DNA of 64,000 nt from Macrostomum hystrix (lineage: Eukaryota > Animalia > Platyhelminthes). A program made the translations under genes and the position numbers. The notes beneath the pieces were generated by a model that made no database searches, was not told the origin of the DNA, and worked only from the letters and a program-made list of their open reading frames with translations. Below are positions 47,641-62,800 of this stretch, piece after piece. Position 1 is the first letter of the stretch. Every line of letters begins with the position of its first letter. The stretch covers positions 4,278,001-4,342,000 of the forward strand of contig CATNEN010000025.1 of assembly GCA_950097015.1 (NCBI GenBank), written 5' to 3'.

Positions 47641-48997
47641 AGCGACATCAATCCTTGCAGTATTTTCTTAGCAACTGGTTCACCCAATTCTTAAAAATAC
47701 GTTTGATAAATTAATGTTTATTCATATAATATTTTTATGGCATCATTACTATTAAAATTTTATTTTATTTTTGTGCGTGCTTGATTTATACAAAAAACAA
47801 GCAACTGTTCGATTAACATAAAAACTGCATCTATAGTTATTAAAAACTATATTTTTTGCTTAATTCATAAATCCCGTTTTTCGCACCCAAATTTCGTAGA
47901 TCATTATAGCGTAGTAGTTTTTAGCATCCTGTTTAGCACAGTCCTGAGAAGTAATAATTGTTTATTGCGCAACCACGTCAGTGCAAATCGTGCATTATTA
48001 GGCTTAGACATTCTGAGAGCGATGAAGACAATTAAAATGCGGATGTTGTACTGCATTGCTTTGTGTTTCTAATTTTCTGCGCTCGCTTTGTCCTGTTAGT
48101 ACACGTGTACTTTTAAAATCCTCACTATGAGTTCAAACGTTAGATATAAATTTATTGCTCGCAACCAAGGTTACAATTATTGTTAGAGAAATGTCTATGG
48201 TTCATAACTGTGAACCATATGACCGGGCCATAGACGATTCTACCATTGAAACTAAAGGAATACGAGTATATAATATCAGTTTAATTACATGCCATTTACA
48301 TGTTGATGTCTGTGATCTTAAGTGAAATCCTCAGTCATTCTAGTTTATTCACCCGACCATAGACTATAACGTACTTTGATGCATATTCAATTTTGACGTT
48401 ATTTTTTTACTTTAAAACTTGCCCCCCCCTACAATAACACGCGATGTGAGTGTCAATGATTTTACCAAACGAGAGATATCTCGTTTGGGTTTGGGTGCGA
48501 AAAACGGGAATTATGTCTCGTAGACAGCTTTTGCCTTCATGCTTTGGAAATATTTTGACTTTAATTTTAAACTTAACAAAGTATTTTTGGTTCCACAGTT
48601 GACCTAGCAATTTTTCCTTTGTCTAAAATAGTCGTGGCAATAAATAAACAATGTGTTTGGTAGATATTCTTTCAGCGTCATTCGAAATCATTTTCAACGA
48701 CGCAATAATCGCTGCTGCAGCTGTGAAACAAATTTTTGCACTTTCAGCTCTTCACCTCATTGTGGACCATCACCTGGACGATTCATTCCACTGGCACTGG
48801 CGCTGAGCAGTGCTTGGCATTTAATCTAGCGAAATCGCTAATAGCAACGCTGCATAGTTGATGAAGGCGCTGATTTTAATAAGCGCACTGATTGCGTGCT
48901 AGGAAAGCAAAATTGATTAATAAATCTGGCAGACTGACCTTTCTGAATATCATAACAAGTGGCTTATGGCTCAGCATAGACTATCTGAATGTTCAGA

Positions 48998-49480
48998 CGA
49001 GGTGAGAATTGGATTATGGGATAGGGTGAGAATTGGATTATGGGACAGGGTGAGAATTGAATTATGGGATAGGGTGAGAATTGGATTATGGGATAGGGTG
49101 AGAATTGGATTATGGGATAGGGTGAGAATTGGATTATGGGATAGGGTGAGAATTGGATTATGGTATAGGGTGAGAATTGGATTATGGGACAGGGTGAGAA
49201 TTGGATTATGGGATAGGGTGAGAATTTGATTATGGGACAGGGTGAGAATTGAATTATGGGATAGGGTGAGAATTGGATTATGGGATAGGGTGAGAATTGG
49301 ATTATGGGATAGGGTGAGAATTGGATTATGGTACAGGGTGGGAATTGGAGAATGGGACAGGGTGAGAATTGAATTATGGGACAGGGTGAGAATTGGATAA
49401 TGGGATAGGGTGAGAATTGGATTATGGGACAGGGTGAGAATTGAATAATGGGATAGGGTGAGAATTGAATTATGGGACAG
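48998..49480. repeat. 24-bp minisatellite (GGGATAGGGTGAGAATTGGATTAT)n
   Basis: Directly visible. Confidence 0.95.
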
Positions 49481-50354
49481 CGTGAGGATTTAGAAGAGCG
49501 AGAGGATATGGAAGAATTGAAATGGAGCTATGGAGAAGATTGTGGTGGGAACATGGACAGAAAATATGAAAAGAAGCTGAAGAGGAAGCAAAAGACGAAA
49601 GGATTAAGAAGGTCGGGCAATTAGGACTCACGATGGGGCAGGAAATCGGCAGACTCAAATTTCGTGTATCTTATTGCTTGCGAAGTGCGGCTTTTCGATA
49701 TGCCTATGGGAAGCGAGCCCGGCTGTTGCTAAGGCAGTTAGTTCCTCAGCTAATTGAATATGCGCAGCAATTTGTCTCCAAGGATAAGCCAAGCTAAGTA
49801 GGCTAAGAGCGATTGGGAAATCCGCTCAGCTGCCTACCCGACTGACCCGTCGGGGGACAAGCAATTAACCTCGGGATGCGAAACTTCTTCTGCTGTGCAC
49901 TAAAACCGAAACAGTGCAGGAAGCATGGCTGCAAGAATGTGATCCTCATATGGGGGAAATGGTTGCATCCTCATAGCAACAGGATTGTTATAATTGTATC
50001 TCCCTTAGCAACAGGCTTTCTTAAACAGCATCCACCTTAGCAACAGGATTGTTTAAACAGCGTCTACCTTAACAACGGATTTGTTTAAACACAATCTACC
50101 TTAGCAACATGATTTTTTAAACAACATATACCTTAGCAACAGATTAAAAAAATGGCATCTACCTTAGCAACAAGATTGCTCAAACAGCATGCTACTTGGC
50201 AGCAGATTAGATAGACAGATGGGCATTACAGAGCCACACGCACAGCCAGTTGCAAAACCGCAGGCTGCGTACAGCTGTTCAGTCCGTGGACTAGGGAAAG
50301 GACGCGCCGTCGGTAAGAAGACCGAAGCTCTTAACACAGACTGCGAGGTCTATC

Positions 50355-50650
50355 AGACAATAAATTAACTAATCAGTCAATAAATTAACTAATCAGTCAA
50401 TAAATTAACTAATCAATCAATAAATTAACTAATCAATCAATAAATTAACTAATCAGTCAATAAATTAACTAATCAGTCAATAAATTAACTAATCAATCAA
50501 TAAATTAACTAATCAGTCAATAAATTAACTAATCAGTCAATAAATTAACTAATCAATCAATAAATTAACTAATCAGTCAATAAATTAACTAATCAGTCAA
50601 TAAATTAACTAATCAATCAATAAATTAACTAATCAGTCAATAAATTAAGC
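50355..50650. repeat. 20-bp AT-rich minisatellite (TAAATTAACTAATCAGTCAA)n
   Basis: Directly visible. Confidence 0.95.
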
Positions 50651-51364
50651 AACTCAAACAATTTTTAGAAGTGACACATAAGTGTAACATCGAGAGGCAG
50701 TTTGTGAGCCATTGAGATAACTATATATTTAGCTTTATGCATATCTGTAATGAATAGTTCTGTATGCACACACATTATTGCAACATGGCGGCTACCAATC
50801 AAAAGACACAGCAGTAGTTAAGATGGACATACAAGGAGAATTAAAACACCGCTAAAAAGGACAAACAATCAAACAAACAAACAACAAAACAGAAATAAAA
50901 AATGAAGCACAAAATAAAAAGCGACCGACCTGACTTGGGCGGTCAAGCGAACTTTGAAATGAAAAAAAAGGCCTTTACAAAAATCCGGAACCGATTTAAA
51001 CAAACAAATATGAAGAAGAAAAAAATGTTTCATTTGGTCTTGCTTCGCAACCGAAGGCTAAATTTAATTTCTGGCTACGACCACAAGCAAATGGCATGGC
51101 GGTTAAAAAATTAACAAAAAAATGCACGACCTGCCGAGATGATTAAAACAAAATAATGCAGGCCAACAAAATAAACTAGAACCAACGATTGGAAACAAGA
51201 GACCAGACGCAAACATTAGTGCGATGAGTTAATCGGAGAATTGGACATAAAAACAGAAGACGACTCTTTATAAACACATTTTTGACAAATGACAGCAAAA
51301 CTCTAGACAGCTTCAAAAGTTTGGTCACTTCTGGGGTCAACATGAGGAGGTTAAGTGACGTCAG

Positions 51365-52040
51365 TCTATTGGATATCACGTGACTTATTCCGTTGGAAAT
51401 CACGTGACTTATTCATTTGGAAATCACGTGACTTATTCCATTGGAAATCACGTGACTTATTCTATCGGACATCACGTGACTTATTCTATCGGACATCACG
51501 TGACTTATTCTATCGGATTTCACGTGACTTATTCTATCGGATATCACGTGACTTATTCTATCGGATATCACGTGACTTATTCTATCGGATATCACGTGAC
51601 TTATTCTATCGGGTATCACGTGACTTATTCTAGCGGATATCACGCGACTTATTATATCGGATATCACGTGACTTATTCTATCGGATATCACGTGACTTAT
51701 TCTATCGGATATCACGTGACTTATTCTATCGGACATCACGTGACTTATTCTATCGGATTTCACGTGACTTATTCTATCGGATATCACGTGACTTATTCTA
51801 TCGGATATCACGTGACTTATTCTAGCGGATATCACGTGACTTATTCCATCGGGTATCACGCGACTTATTATATCGGGTATCACGTGACTTATTCTAGCGT
51901 ATATCACGTGACTTATTCCATCGGGTATCACGCGACTTATTATATCGGGTATCACGTGACTTATTCTAGCGGATATCACGCGACTTATTATATCGGACAT
52001 CACGTGACTTATTCTAGCGTATATCACGCGACTTATTATA
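51365..52040. repeat. 24-bp minisatellite with an E-box (TCACGTGA) in most units
   Basis: CACGTGACTTATTCTATCGGATAT, ~28 copies; some units carry CACGCG. Confidence 0.95.
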
Positions 52041-52624
52041 TAAATAATTAAGTGACCCTAACCCACTAAGTGACAGGATAGATACAGATAAAAATAGAAG
52101 CCAGAATTATGTAGAATCAGAAAACATCAACTGTGCAAATAAATAGCTGAAGTTTTGCTTATCAGACGAAACAAGACAACCAATTTACATGAGATGGCAT
52201 GCTCTACTTTATTGAAATACATAAAGTTCCTATTAAAAATACAATAATATAAAGAACAATAATTAGATTTAGAATAGCGATACAGAAATACAGGTTGCAG
52301 TGGTGGTAATTATAACTTTTTTTAACTATGCGAATAAATAATTAGTCATAATCACTTAAAAAGAATAATTATTGACAAAGAGGAGAAAATAAAATATTTT
52401 TTCAGTCTTTACTAAAAGGTTTGAAATAACACAAGATGGACGATTAGATAACAGAAAAGAACACAAAATACTGAAAACAACTGGATTGGGGCGTGCCGCA
52501 GTGTGTGGGTGTGTGTGTGCTGCGTTGCAAAGCAGAACCATGGATTGCTCGACCGAGTATATCACAACAATGACTGATAAACAGTGATTGATGGTGCCCT
52601 TATAGGCTATAAGAGAGATACGAT

Positions 52625-53130
52625 GTGGAAGATTCGTGTAGGATGCGGAAGATTGATGTAGGATGCGGAAGATTGATGTAGGATGTGGAAGATTGATGTA
52701 GGATGTGGAAGATTGATGTAGGATGCCGAAGATTGATGTAGGATGTGGAAGATTGATGTAGGATGCCGAAGATTGATGTAGGATGTGGAAGATTGATGTA
52801 GGATGTGGAAGATTGATGTAGGATGTGGAAGATTGATGTAGGATGTGGAAGATTGATGTAGGATGCCGAAGATTGATGTAGGATGTGGAAGATTGATGTA
52901 GGATGTGGAAGATTGATGTAGGATGCCGAAGATTGATGTAGGATGTGGAAGATTGATGTAGGATGTGGAAGATTGATGTAGGATGTGGAAGATTGATGTA
53001 GGATGTGGAAGATTGATGTAGGATGCGGAAGATTGACGTAGGATGCGGAAGATTGATGTAGGATGTGGAAGATTGATGTAGGATGTGGAAGATTGATGTA
53101 GGATGTGGAAGATTGATGTAGGATGTGGAA
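52625..53130. repeat. 20-bp minisatellite (GATGTAGGATGTGGAAGATT)n
   Basis: Directly visible. Confidence 0.95.
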
Positions 53131-53855
53131 AAATGATGTGGGAAGTGCATAATTGATAGGGGGTTCTGAATATTGATAGCAGGGGGTACACACGTTTGAT
53201 TGTGAATAAGAGATGGTTAAAGATAAATTGATTATTGAATCCAGGACAGAATACAGCAAACTATACTCTGCTAAACTGGTGAGTCTAGCAATCCAACGGG
53301 TTCTACAGACTGCAGCGCTGTCATGTGTTAAAAAGGAAAATCAAGAAATTGTGTGATGACAAGATGAATGACAACAATTATGTTTACATTTTAAGAATCA
53401 GAGTCTCGCTCAAAATGAATCCTTCATGTAATATAATCGATACTGAAAGAATTGTTTTAACTTCTTATAGTACAGGTCCATGCTTGGCTTATATATTTAT
53501 ATCGGACAGATTGGTCCCAAAAAATAAACAAAGAAAATAAGAAAATAAATTTAATGGTAAAATGAAGCATTGCCGGTAAACGCGTATGTAAATAGTGACT
53601 GCAGAAAAGTAACAACAACAAAAAAATATGAAAAAACCGGTGCCAGACAAACAAAAACAAACAAAAACATTTCAATTCTCTACTATAGATATTGCCTAAG
53701 AAAAAATCTAATTTTATTGGACAGCAAATAGAATTCACAAACACAGAGAGACAGAGAGACAGACAGTCAAAAACAGAGAATAACAATAGAACTGAAAAAT
53801 AGCATCATCTTATATAATACGAGCAATCATAATAATATTACCGCGCCGCTAGAAA

Positions 53856-56800
53856 TTAATCCGTGGCCCGATCGTCTAGACCATCCAACACCAGGTGCTT
53901 CAACAACAGCGAGACGACGATGGCTGCGAAAGCGAAGGCCACAAGCAGTGCGGCTGCCAGGCGCTGCTCCGACCAGACGCCGCCGCCACCGTCGCCGCCA
54001 ACAACAGGATTGCGCTGCGTCGACGATGCGCCCGGAGAATTGGCAGAAGAAGTCGACGATGACGACGTGGCGCTGGTTCCGCTAGCAGTTAGGGCGCGCG
54101 TGATGAACACGACGCCCTGGGAGAAGGCGCCGATTAGTTCTTCGCCAGAGTCGGCGCAGCGGCGAGCGGCGGCTACGCGCACCTGATACTCGGTGTTGGG
54201 ATTCAGGTAGGTCAGTTTGCACGATTGGTCAGAGCCGCGGTACACCTGCGCGAGAATGAGAAAGGCGTTTTTGGCGGGATTGCATCGGCGCATCCGCGGC
54301 CTGTTTTACAACTCACATCCCTGTGTCCATGAGTGCTCAGGAAGCCAATTAAGCATACCCTAAGCAGGGCGCTAACCTGTCTGTAGTCAGAATCTCGCTC
54401 GTTCACTGCAAGCAGTTGCAGCACATAGACAATGGTGTCGCGTCCCATTGGTCGAAGGCTGGCCCAGTCGACCCGGCAGCTGTCCTGCGTCAGTTCAGAC
54501 AATCTCGGCGGCTTCAGTGCCGGCGGATGCGCCTTGCCGGTGGAGAAGCGGACCGGGCCGGAGTAGGGTCCGCCGCCGGCCTCATTAGTGGCGCGAATGC
54601 GGAAGTGATAGTCTGTGAGCTCGGCTAGCCTGGTTAGACGGGTGCTGTGGGCGCCGCCCTGGTACACAACCTGCCAGCCGGAGTCCAATGATCCAGCGGC
54701 CATCTCAACCTAACAAATTTGTCATGAGGGTTGCATCTAGATACGGGCTAAATCTAATTTTAGCCAAGTGAATAAATCTAGATTTGCAGCTGAATTGTCA
54801 GGTGGTTAGAAAAGGTGTGAAATCTGAATGTGTAACGCTTCACCGAAGGTGAAATTAAAAAAATGCAAGCAAAAGCTTTTAATCAGTTTTTTTTCGCGTC
54901 AACAGGCAAAGAACAAAAGGAAGTTCTCACAATGAAATGTTTCCAATTTGAAAAAAAAGTTTTTTTGCGACACAGGATTTAGGACAAAGGGACTGCCTTG
55001 AGAGCAACGTGGACACCAAGGATTGAAATAATTAAAATAATTACTGAAGAAGAAACTGAGGAGCAAACACAAAGGAGCAAGCAGAAAGAGGGGCGGGGCA
55101 GGTTGCTGGCGGTTCAAGACCCTTATAATTACCAGAGGAGCAGAAACAGCACACACAGAGCTCACCTATAAAATTACAATGCAAGGATGATGAGGTAGAA
55201 AGTGACGTAGGAGCTAGTCTAGCAGGGGGAAGCTATACTGCTAGAGGAGACACGGCCAGGTCGCAAACCTGGCATTATTTAGTCTCTCGCTCCCACTGCT
55301 GATTGCCTAGGGGGGTGAATCTCACACAAAAAATCCTTAATGTGTTGAGTTGAGAATAGAGAAAACATCATTATTGAGCCGTGGCAAAAATATCGCCTGC
55401 CCGTACCGCAAGCTTCTGCACGGCGCTAGCTAGACACACAATATATAAGCTTCTGCTTAGCAACAACGAAGCTAATGAGGCACGGACGCGGCTCGAATGT
55501 GCTAATCTAAAAAAGCCCCCCCCGGCCTCAAAGCCGAGTGAATATAAAAAAATATCTGCTCAATATAGTGCAGCGCGATGAGGCCTAGCTCAAGTTGTAG
55601 ATTAAAAAATCTGGACGGCAACACGCGATTTGTCTTTGTCATTGTATTGGATGTCAATACAGAGCGACTTTGTGCCTTTTGTATGTTAGATAATCAAATG
55701 TGTTTTTTACTATCCTATTACACAACTAATACTTACTCAGATGAAATTTTAAAACCAACACACCGCTGCCACCTAAACTGCCTCACCTGGTATTGCAGCA
55801 TCCCACCGCTGCCACCTGAACTGCCTCACCTGATATTGCAGCATCCCACCGCTGCCACCTAAACTGCCTCACCTGGTATTGCAGCATCCCACCGCTGCCA
55901 CCTGAACTGCCTCACCTGATATTGCAGCATCCCACCGCTGCCACCTGAACTGCCTCACCTGATATTGCAGCATCCCACCGCTGCCACCTAAACTGCCTCA
56001 CCTGGTATTGCAGCATCCCACCGCTGCCACCTGAACTGCCTCACCTGATATTGCAGCATCCCACCGCTGCCACCTGAACTGCCTCACCTGGTATTGCAGC
56101 ATCCCACCGCTGCCACCTAAACTGCCTCACCTGATATTGCAGCATCCCACCGCTGCCACCTAAACTGCCTCACCTGGTATTGCAGCATCCCACCGCTGAC
56201 ACCTAAACTGCCTCACCTGGTATTGCAGCATCCCACCGCTGCCACCTAAACTGCCTCACCTGGTATTGCAGCATCCCACCGCTGCCACCTGAACTGCCTC
56301 ACCTGGTATTGCAGCATCCCACCGCTGCCACCTGAACTGCCTCACCTGATATTGCAGCATCCCACCGCTGCCACCTAAACTGCCTCACCTGGTATTGCAG
56401 CATCCCACCGCTGCCACCTAAACTGCCTCACCTGGTATTGCAGCATCCCACCGCTGCCACCTGAACTGCCTCACCTGGTATTGCAGCATCCCACCGCTGC
56501 CACCTGAACTGCCTCACCTGGTATTGCAGCATCCCACCGCTGCCACCTGAACTGCCTCACCTGATATTGCAGCATCCCACCGCTGCCACCTAAACTGCCT
56601 CACCTGGTATTGCAGCATCCCACCGCTGCCACCTAAACTGCCTCACCTGATATTGCAGCATCCCACCGCTGCCACCTAAACTGCCTCACCTGGTATTGCA
56701 GCATCCCACCGCTGCCACCTAAACTGCCTCACCTGATTTGCAGCATCCCACCGCTGCCACCTAAACTGCCTCACCTGATATTGCAGCATCCCACCGCTGC

Positions 56801-59800
56801 CACCTAAACTGCCTCACCTGATATTGCAGCATCCCACCGCTGCCACCTGAACTGCCTCACCTGGTATTGCAGCATCCCACCGCTGCCACCTGAACTGCCT
56901 CACCTGGTATTGCAGCATCCCACCGCTGCCACCTGAACTGCCTCACCTGATATTGCAGCATCCCACCGCTGCCACCTGAACTGCCTCACCTGGTATTGCA
57001 GCATCCCGACGTTGCGTCCGTCGCCCCAGCGCAGTTTTAGCGAAGTTGCTTGGTTGTGGACGCACTCGATTCGTGGCGGATTAGGCGGCAGCGAGCCAGT
57101 TACTACGCGACAAGGCGCTGAGTAAGGCCCCTGTCCGACTGCATTGCTGGCGCGCACTCGCACCTGCGGATTAACAGTGTAGCAGCTTTGTATAGACTAA
57201 GTCCTATGCAAGTCTTCTACTATTTCTTATTGTATGTTCGCGGACAGAAGAGAAAAATGAATTAGGGAGGCAGAAAAGTTATTAGCCGATGTTGTGATGA
57301 CGTCTGATTGCGTACTGCACAGATTATAATAATACGACGTGTAATAGTAAACGAGTGGACAAATAAGAAACAACAGTTGCTTAGCAGTTAAGTGTGACGG
57401 GAAATAGGGAATAGGGAAATATTCCATTCCTTGGTCTGAGTTCGCCGACTGTGACTAAGAATATGAAGGGCTTGACAAACAACCAAGCAAATAAACAATA
57501 TTGGCAGGCTATTCAATATGCGGTCAACAATGTACTCACTTTGTACTGAGTATCCGGCAGTAGATCGGACACAGTTAGCTCAGTCTGGTCCGCGTCCAGC
57601 TGTATTGGAGGCTGATCATTGACGCACACCGAATATCCACTGATCTCCGAACCATTGTCAGCTGGCGGTGTCCAAATAACTGTCAGCGAGGTAGCCTGGG
57701 CCGAAGCGCGCACGCTCTGAACAGTGTCCGGCGAACTGGCCGGCGTTGTTGCCTGAGTCACAGGCGAAAATGGACCAGCGCCGGCGCTATTCACAGCCTG
57801 ATGGAAGAGGCAAATTTTAAGCTATGTAGAGACTGCAAATACAAAACAAAACAAAACAAAAGGAGCCAAGAATGGAGCCAATATATTCAAAATGCGGAAA
57901 CAATGATCACACGAAAGATTTTACAGGAATAAATCCTAGATAAAAAACACAATATAATAATAATCTGCACTCACCTGAACACGGAAGCTGTAAGTAGTGA
58001 CTGGCTGCAAATTTTTCGCATCGTAACTCAATGACTCGCCGGTATGCAGCTGAAATTTTAAGACAATTTATTTTTACAAACGAGCTTTTCCAACTTACTA
58101 CTCATTATAATAACAGTAGGGAGATTCGAACATTATGTGTATTTATTTACTTTTATCAAAACTGATTTGGCTTACTACGAGTAGAACATTGTTTACCAGG
58201 CAGTAAAAATGGGTAGACTAGACTTTTAGATTACATTGTTATTGATAGCTTTGAAGACGCCGCCAAAACGGCCACTGTTTTTCTTAGATTTTATGCACAG
58301 CTTTGATTCTTAGCAGACACTATGAAAAGACTCCGGTTGTGGGAACCGAGTAGGAGGCTGGGCATTCTAGGCTAGATAGAAAATCAATGGAAAAGAGGCT
58401 GGCTTCAGAGGCTAATCGGGGGCTAATTAGCCAGGAGGAAATGTCAATAATGCATGACCACAGCACACAGCGGGCATGAATTTGCAACTCGATGGATGCA
58501 ACTACTAGATCGGTGGATATAGAACAGGGTTTGAGTCGGGGGCCGGAGCAGACCAAGGGTGGGCGGAACAACAGGGGGAAATAAAGAACCGAGTGGAAGG
58601 GCGCAGGATCCGATATAATACAGGCGTAGGTATATCGAGTATGTAGGGCCTGGGTTGCTTATATATTTTCCCACTCCTCTCAGTCTCTACCGCCCGCCTC
58701 TCCCCGCCTTTACAACGAGCTATCTATCTGTCCAGCATCTGTGTGCATATAGGCTGGCAAAGGCGGGCGGAAGTAATTAACTTGGCAGACTATAATATAT
58801 GGAATATAGACTGCAAAATCTCGCAGAAATGCAGAATGTGGTACAAACATAGTTTATATAAAACATAAAAAAGATAATTTGAGCATCTTCTAAAATGTAA
58901 AGAATAAAAAGTATAATCTAGGTGAATGGATTGCGATAGACTGACCAGCACAAATTCAGCGTCTGGTCTCAGCTGCCACTCCAGTCTGTACTCGGACACT
59001 GGCGCACCCCGGCATGGCGGACAGTTCCAGGCGATGTTGGCCGTGTGCGGCGATCTGCAGGCGACTGTTGGCGCTGGCGGCGCCTCTGGCACGCCTGGCG
59101 CGCTGGCGACCATCAGCGGCTCCGACCAAGCGCCTGCGCCGGCTCGATTCAGGGCGCGCAGACGGAACGCATAGCAATGACCCGGAATGAGGCCGGTGAC
59201 TGAGCACTCCAGAGCTGGGCCTTTGTACACCTGGGATTGTAGAATTGTTCATAATTAGCTAATAATTGGTTTTTGTAAATTACAGGACGAAAATTTACTA
59301 ACGTCATAATACACTAATACGTAAAGTGTTCTTCACAATCCCTAATCTTTCACTATCCAAATACCTACATAATCCCAATACCTTCACAATCCATATACAT
59401 TTATAATCACAATACATTCCCAATCCTTTTACATTTACAATCCCTATACCTTCACAATTCCTATACATTCACAATCCCAATACCTTCCCATTTACAATAA
59501 CTTCACAATCTCTATACATTCACGATCCCTATACATTCACAATCCCTATACATTCACAATCCCTATACATTCACGATCCCTATACATTCACAATCCCTAT
59601 ACATTCACGATCCCTATACATTCACAATCCCTATACATTCACGATCCCTATACATTCACGATCCCTATACATTCACGATCCCTATACATTCACGATCCCT
59701 ATACATTCACAATCCCTATACATTCACGATCCCTATACATTCACAATCCCTATACATTCACGATCCCTATACATTCACAATCCCTATACATTCACGATCC

Positions 59801-62800
59801 CTATACATTCACAATCCCTATACATTCACGATCCCTATACATTCACAATCCCTATACATTCACAATCCCTATACATTCACGATCCCTATACATTCACAAT
59901 CCCTATACATTCACAATCCCTATACATTCACGATCCCTATACATTCACGATCCCTATACATTCACAATCCCTATACATTCACAATCCCTATACATTCACA
60001 ATCCCTATACATTCACAATCTCTATACATTCACGATCCCTATACATTCACGATCCCTATACATTCACAATCTCTATACATTCACAATCACAATAACTTCA
60101 CAATCTCTATACATTCACAATACCATTAACTTCACAATCTCTATACATTCACAATCCCTATACATTCACAATCCGTATACATTCACAATCCCTATACATT
60201 CACAATCTCTATACATTCACAATCACAATAACTTCACAATCTCTATACATTCACAATACCATTAACTTCACAATCTCTATACATTCACAATCCCTATACA
60301 TTCACAATCCCTATACATTCACAATCCCTATACATTCACGATCCCTATACATTCACAATCCCTATACATTCACGATCCCTATACATTCACGATCCCTATA
60401 CATTCACAATCCCTATACATTCACGATCCCTATACATTCACGATCCCTATACATTCACAATCCCTATACATTCACAATCCCTATACATTCACGATCCCTA
60501 TACATTCACAATCCCTATACATTCACAATCCCTATACATTCACGATCCCTATACATTCACAATCCCTATACATTCACAATCCCTATACATTCACAATCCC
60601 TATACATTCACAATCCCTATACCTAGAAAACGCCAATAGCTGCACAAGTCGCAGGTTTACACCATGCAGTCAATGAAAAGGCCGCAGCTACTATGCGGTT
60701 CCCTTAAGGGCTGCATACAGCTGTTCAGTCCGTGAACTGGGGGGACGCCAAACCCACCCAGCTCATGCTGGTACCTGTATTTTACAACTGAAGGTATAAG
60801 TAATGGAAAAGCAAGTGGATTCGTGTTAACGAGTTCGTACTCATTGGAGCTTTGGACTTTTGATCCAGAAGTCAGGAGTTCAGGTTCAAAGGAAAAAGTT
60901 TTACTAATAAAGGCACTCGATTTTCTAATACAACACTTGTATTAGCTGGGGCAACTCGTAATCCAACCTGACGACTAGCGGGCTCTTCCGACTCCTTCGA
61001 CTCCGCATCGCGTTCGCCGGGGGCGTCAACTGTCAACGAAGCTCCCAGAATAGTCATGCCAACCTCGTAGCTAGTCACCTCGGCGCCTCCCGTGTATCTG
61101 GGCGGCGACCAGGCCAGGCAGATTAAAGCGGCCCGCGGTCGACCGTGAAGACGCGGCGGCGCTGGCGCGTCGGGCGCCACAGGCGCGGTAACGACAGCCA
61201 GCGGCTCGCTAGGCGCGGACAGGCCGGCGCTGGACCTGGCCAGCACAGTCACCGAGTAGTTGCAGCCGGGCTCAAGGCCTTGTACGGTGAATTCGCGCTG
61301 ATCCGCAGGCAGTGAGTCGGCCAGCACGCCGCCTGGCTCCATGCCAACCTGGTGGGGTGATGATGATGCGGGATTATCTCGAAGGGATCTTGAAAAGCGG
61401 GGATAAGAAGCTAGCGGGGAAGTCAATGATGCGGGATTATCTCGAAGGGATCTTGAAAGCGGGGATAAGAAGCTAGCGGGGAAGTTAATGATGCGGGATT
61501 ATCTCGAAGGGGATTCGGAAAATGGTGATAAAAGACCAGTGAGAAATTCGCCTGGAGAAAACCTCGGAGCGAACCTGATAAGACAGCAACGGGGAGCCGC
61601 CATCATCAGCTGGGGGCTCCCAGGCCAGTTTGAATGCGTTGGGCCGCGGCTGTCCGCGCAGAGCCGGCCGGCCGGGCTGTCCAGGCCTGTCCGGCAGTGT
61701 CGAATAGGCGGTCACGGTGCTCCACTTGGACGCTCCGTCCTCGTTGACAACCTGCAGCCGGAAGCGGTACTCGGTGTTGCGGCGCAGGTTGGACACGCAA
61801 TGGCTGAGCTCCGGGCCGCTGTACACAGTCATGAAGCCGTGCCCAGTGGCTTCATCCTCCATCTGTAGGACGAATTCTTCGTCGGACTGCTGCGGCCGGC
61901 GTTGCCAGCCGATGGCGAGAGAGTTGACGCAGCGCTGGGACAGGCACGGCGGTTCCGGCTGTTGCGGCGCGGCGCCGCTAGTAGTCATGACAACCGGCGT
62001 AGAGAACTCGCCGACGCCAACAGAATTGATAGCGGCAACGCGCAGACAGTAGGCGGTGCTGGGAGCCAGTTTGATCAGTTTGAATTGACGCTGAGCACCG
62101 CGGTAGACTTCACTAAACTCAGGCTCTGAATTTTTGGGAGGGCGTTTGAGTCGCTAGAGAAGGATTTGAGTCGCTAGATAAGGATTTGAGTCGCTAGAGA
62201 AGGATTTGAGTCGCTAGATAAGGATTTGAGTCGCTAGAGAAGGATTTGAGTCGCTAGAGAAGGATTTCAGTTGTTAGAGAAGGATTTGAGTCGTTAGAGA
62301 AGGATTTGAGTCGTTAGAGAAGGAGTTGAGTTGTTAGAGAAGTCTTTCAATCGTTAACGAAACTATTTAACGACAGATTTCTCATTTTCCATGACGACAT
62401 GTCCTTTCAACAGTGGTGAAATGTGCTATATTTCACTGAGGTCTTTTCCCAAGCATCACAGAATAATGCAAATAATAAAGTTGATACTGTCCTAAAAACC
62501 AGACATAATGGATCCGGCCTCCCTAATCCTATTTTCCAGAAAGCTGGCTGCCTGCCATAGTCAAAAAAAGGATCAACGAATAGCGAGAGGAAATTTGAAA
62601 CGCAGGCCCGGTTGCAAAAGATTCAAAATAAAAGCCACATTTTTTCAAAGCGGCTGCAAAAAAACGCCCGGCATAGAAATGGAATATCTATACAGACGGT
62701 TCGAAGCAAACACAGCGATTTCTGCTCACTCTTTGCTTATCCTCGTGTGCAGCAAAAAGCGTAACACTTGGTGGTTAGGTTACCACTATATCCAAAACAA

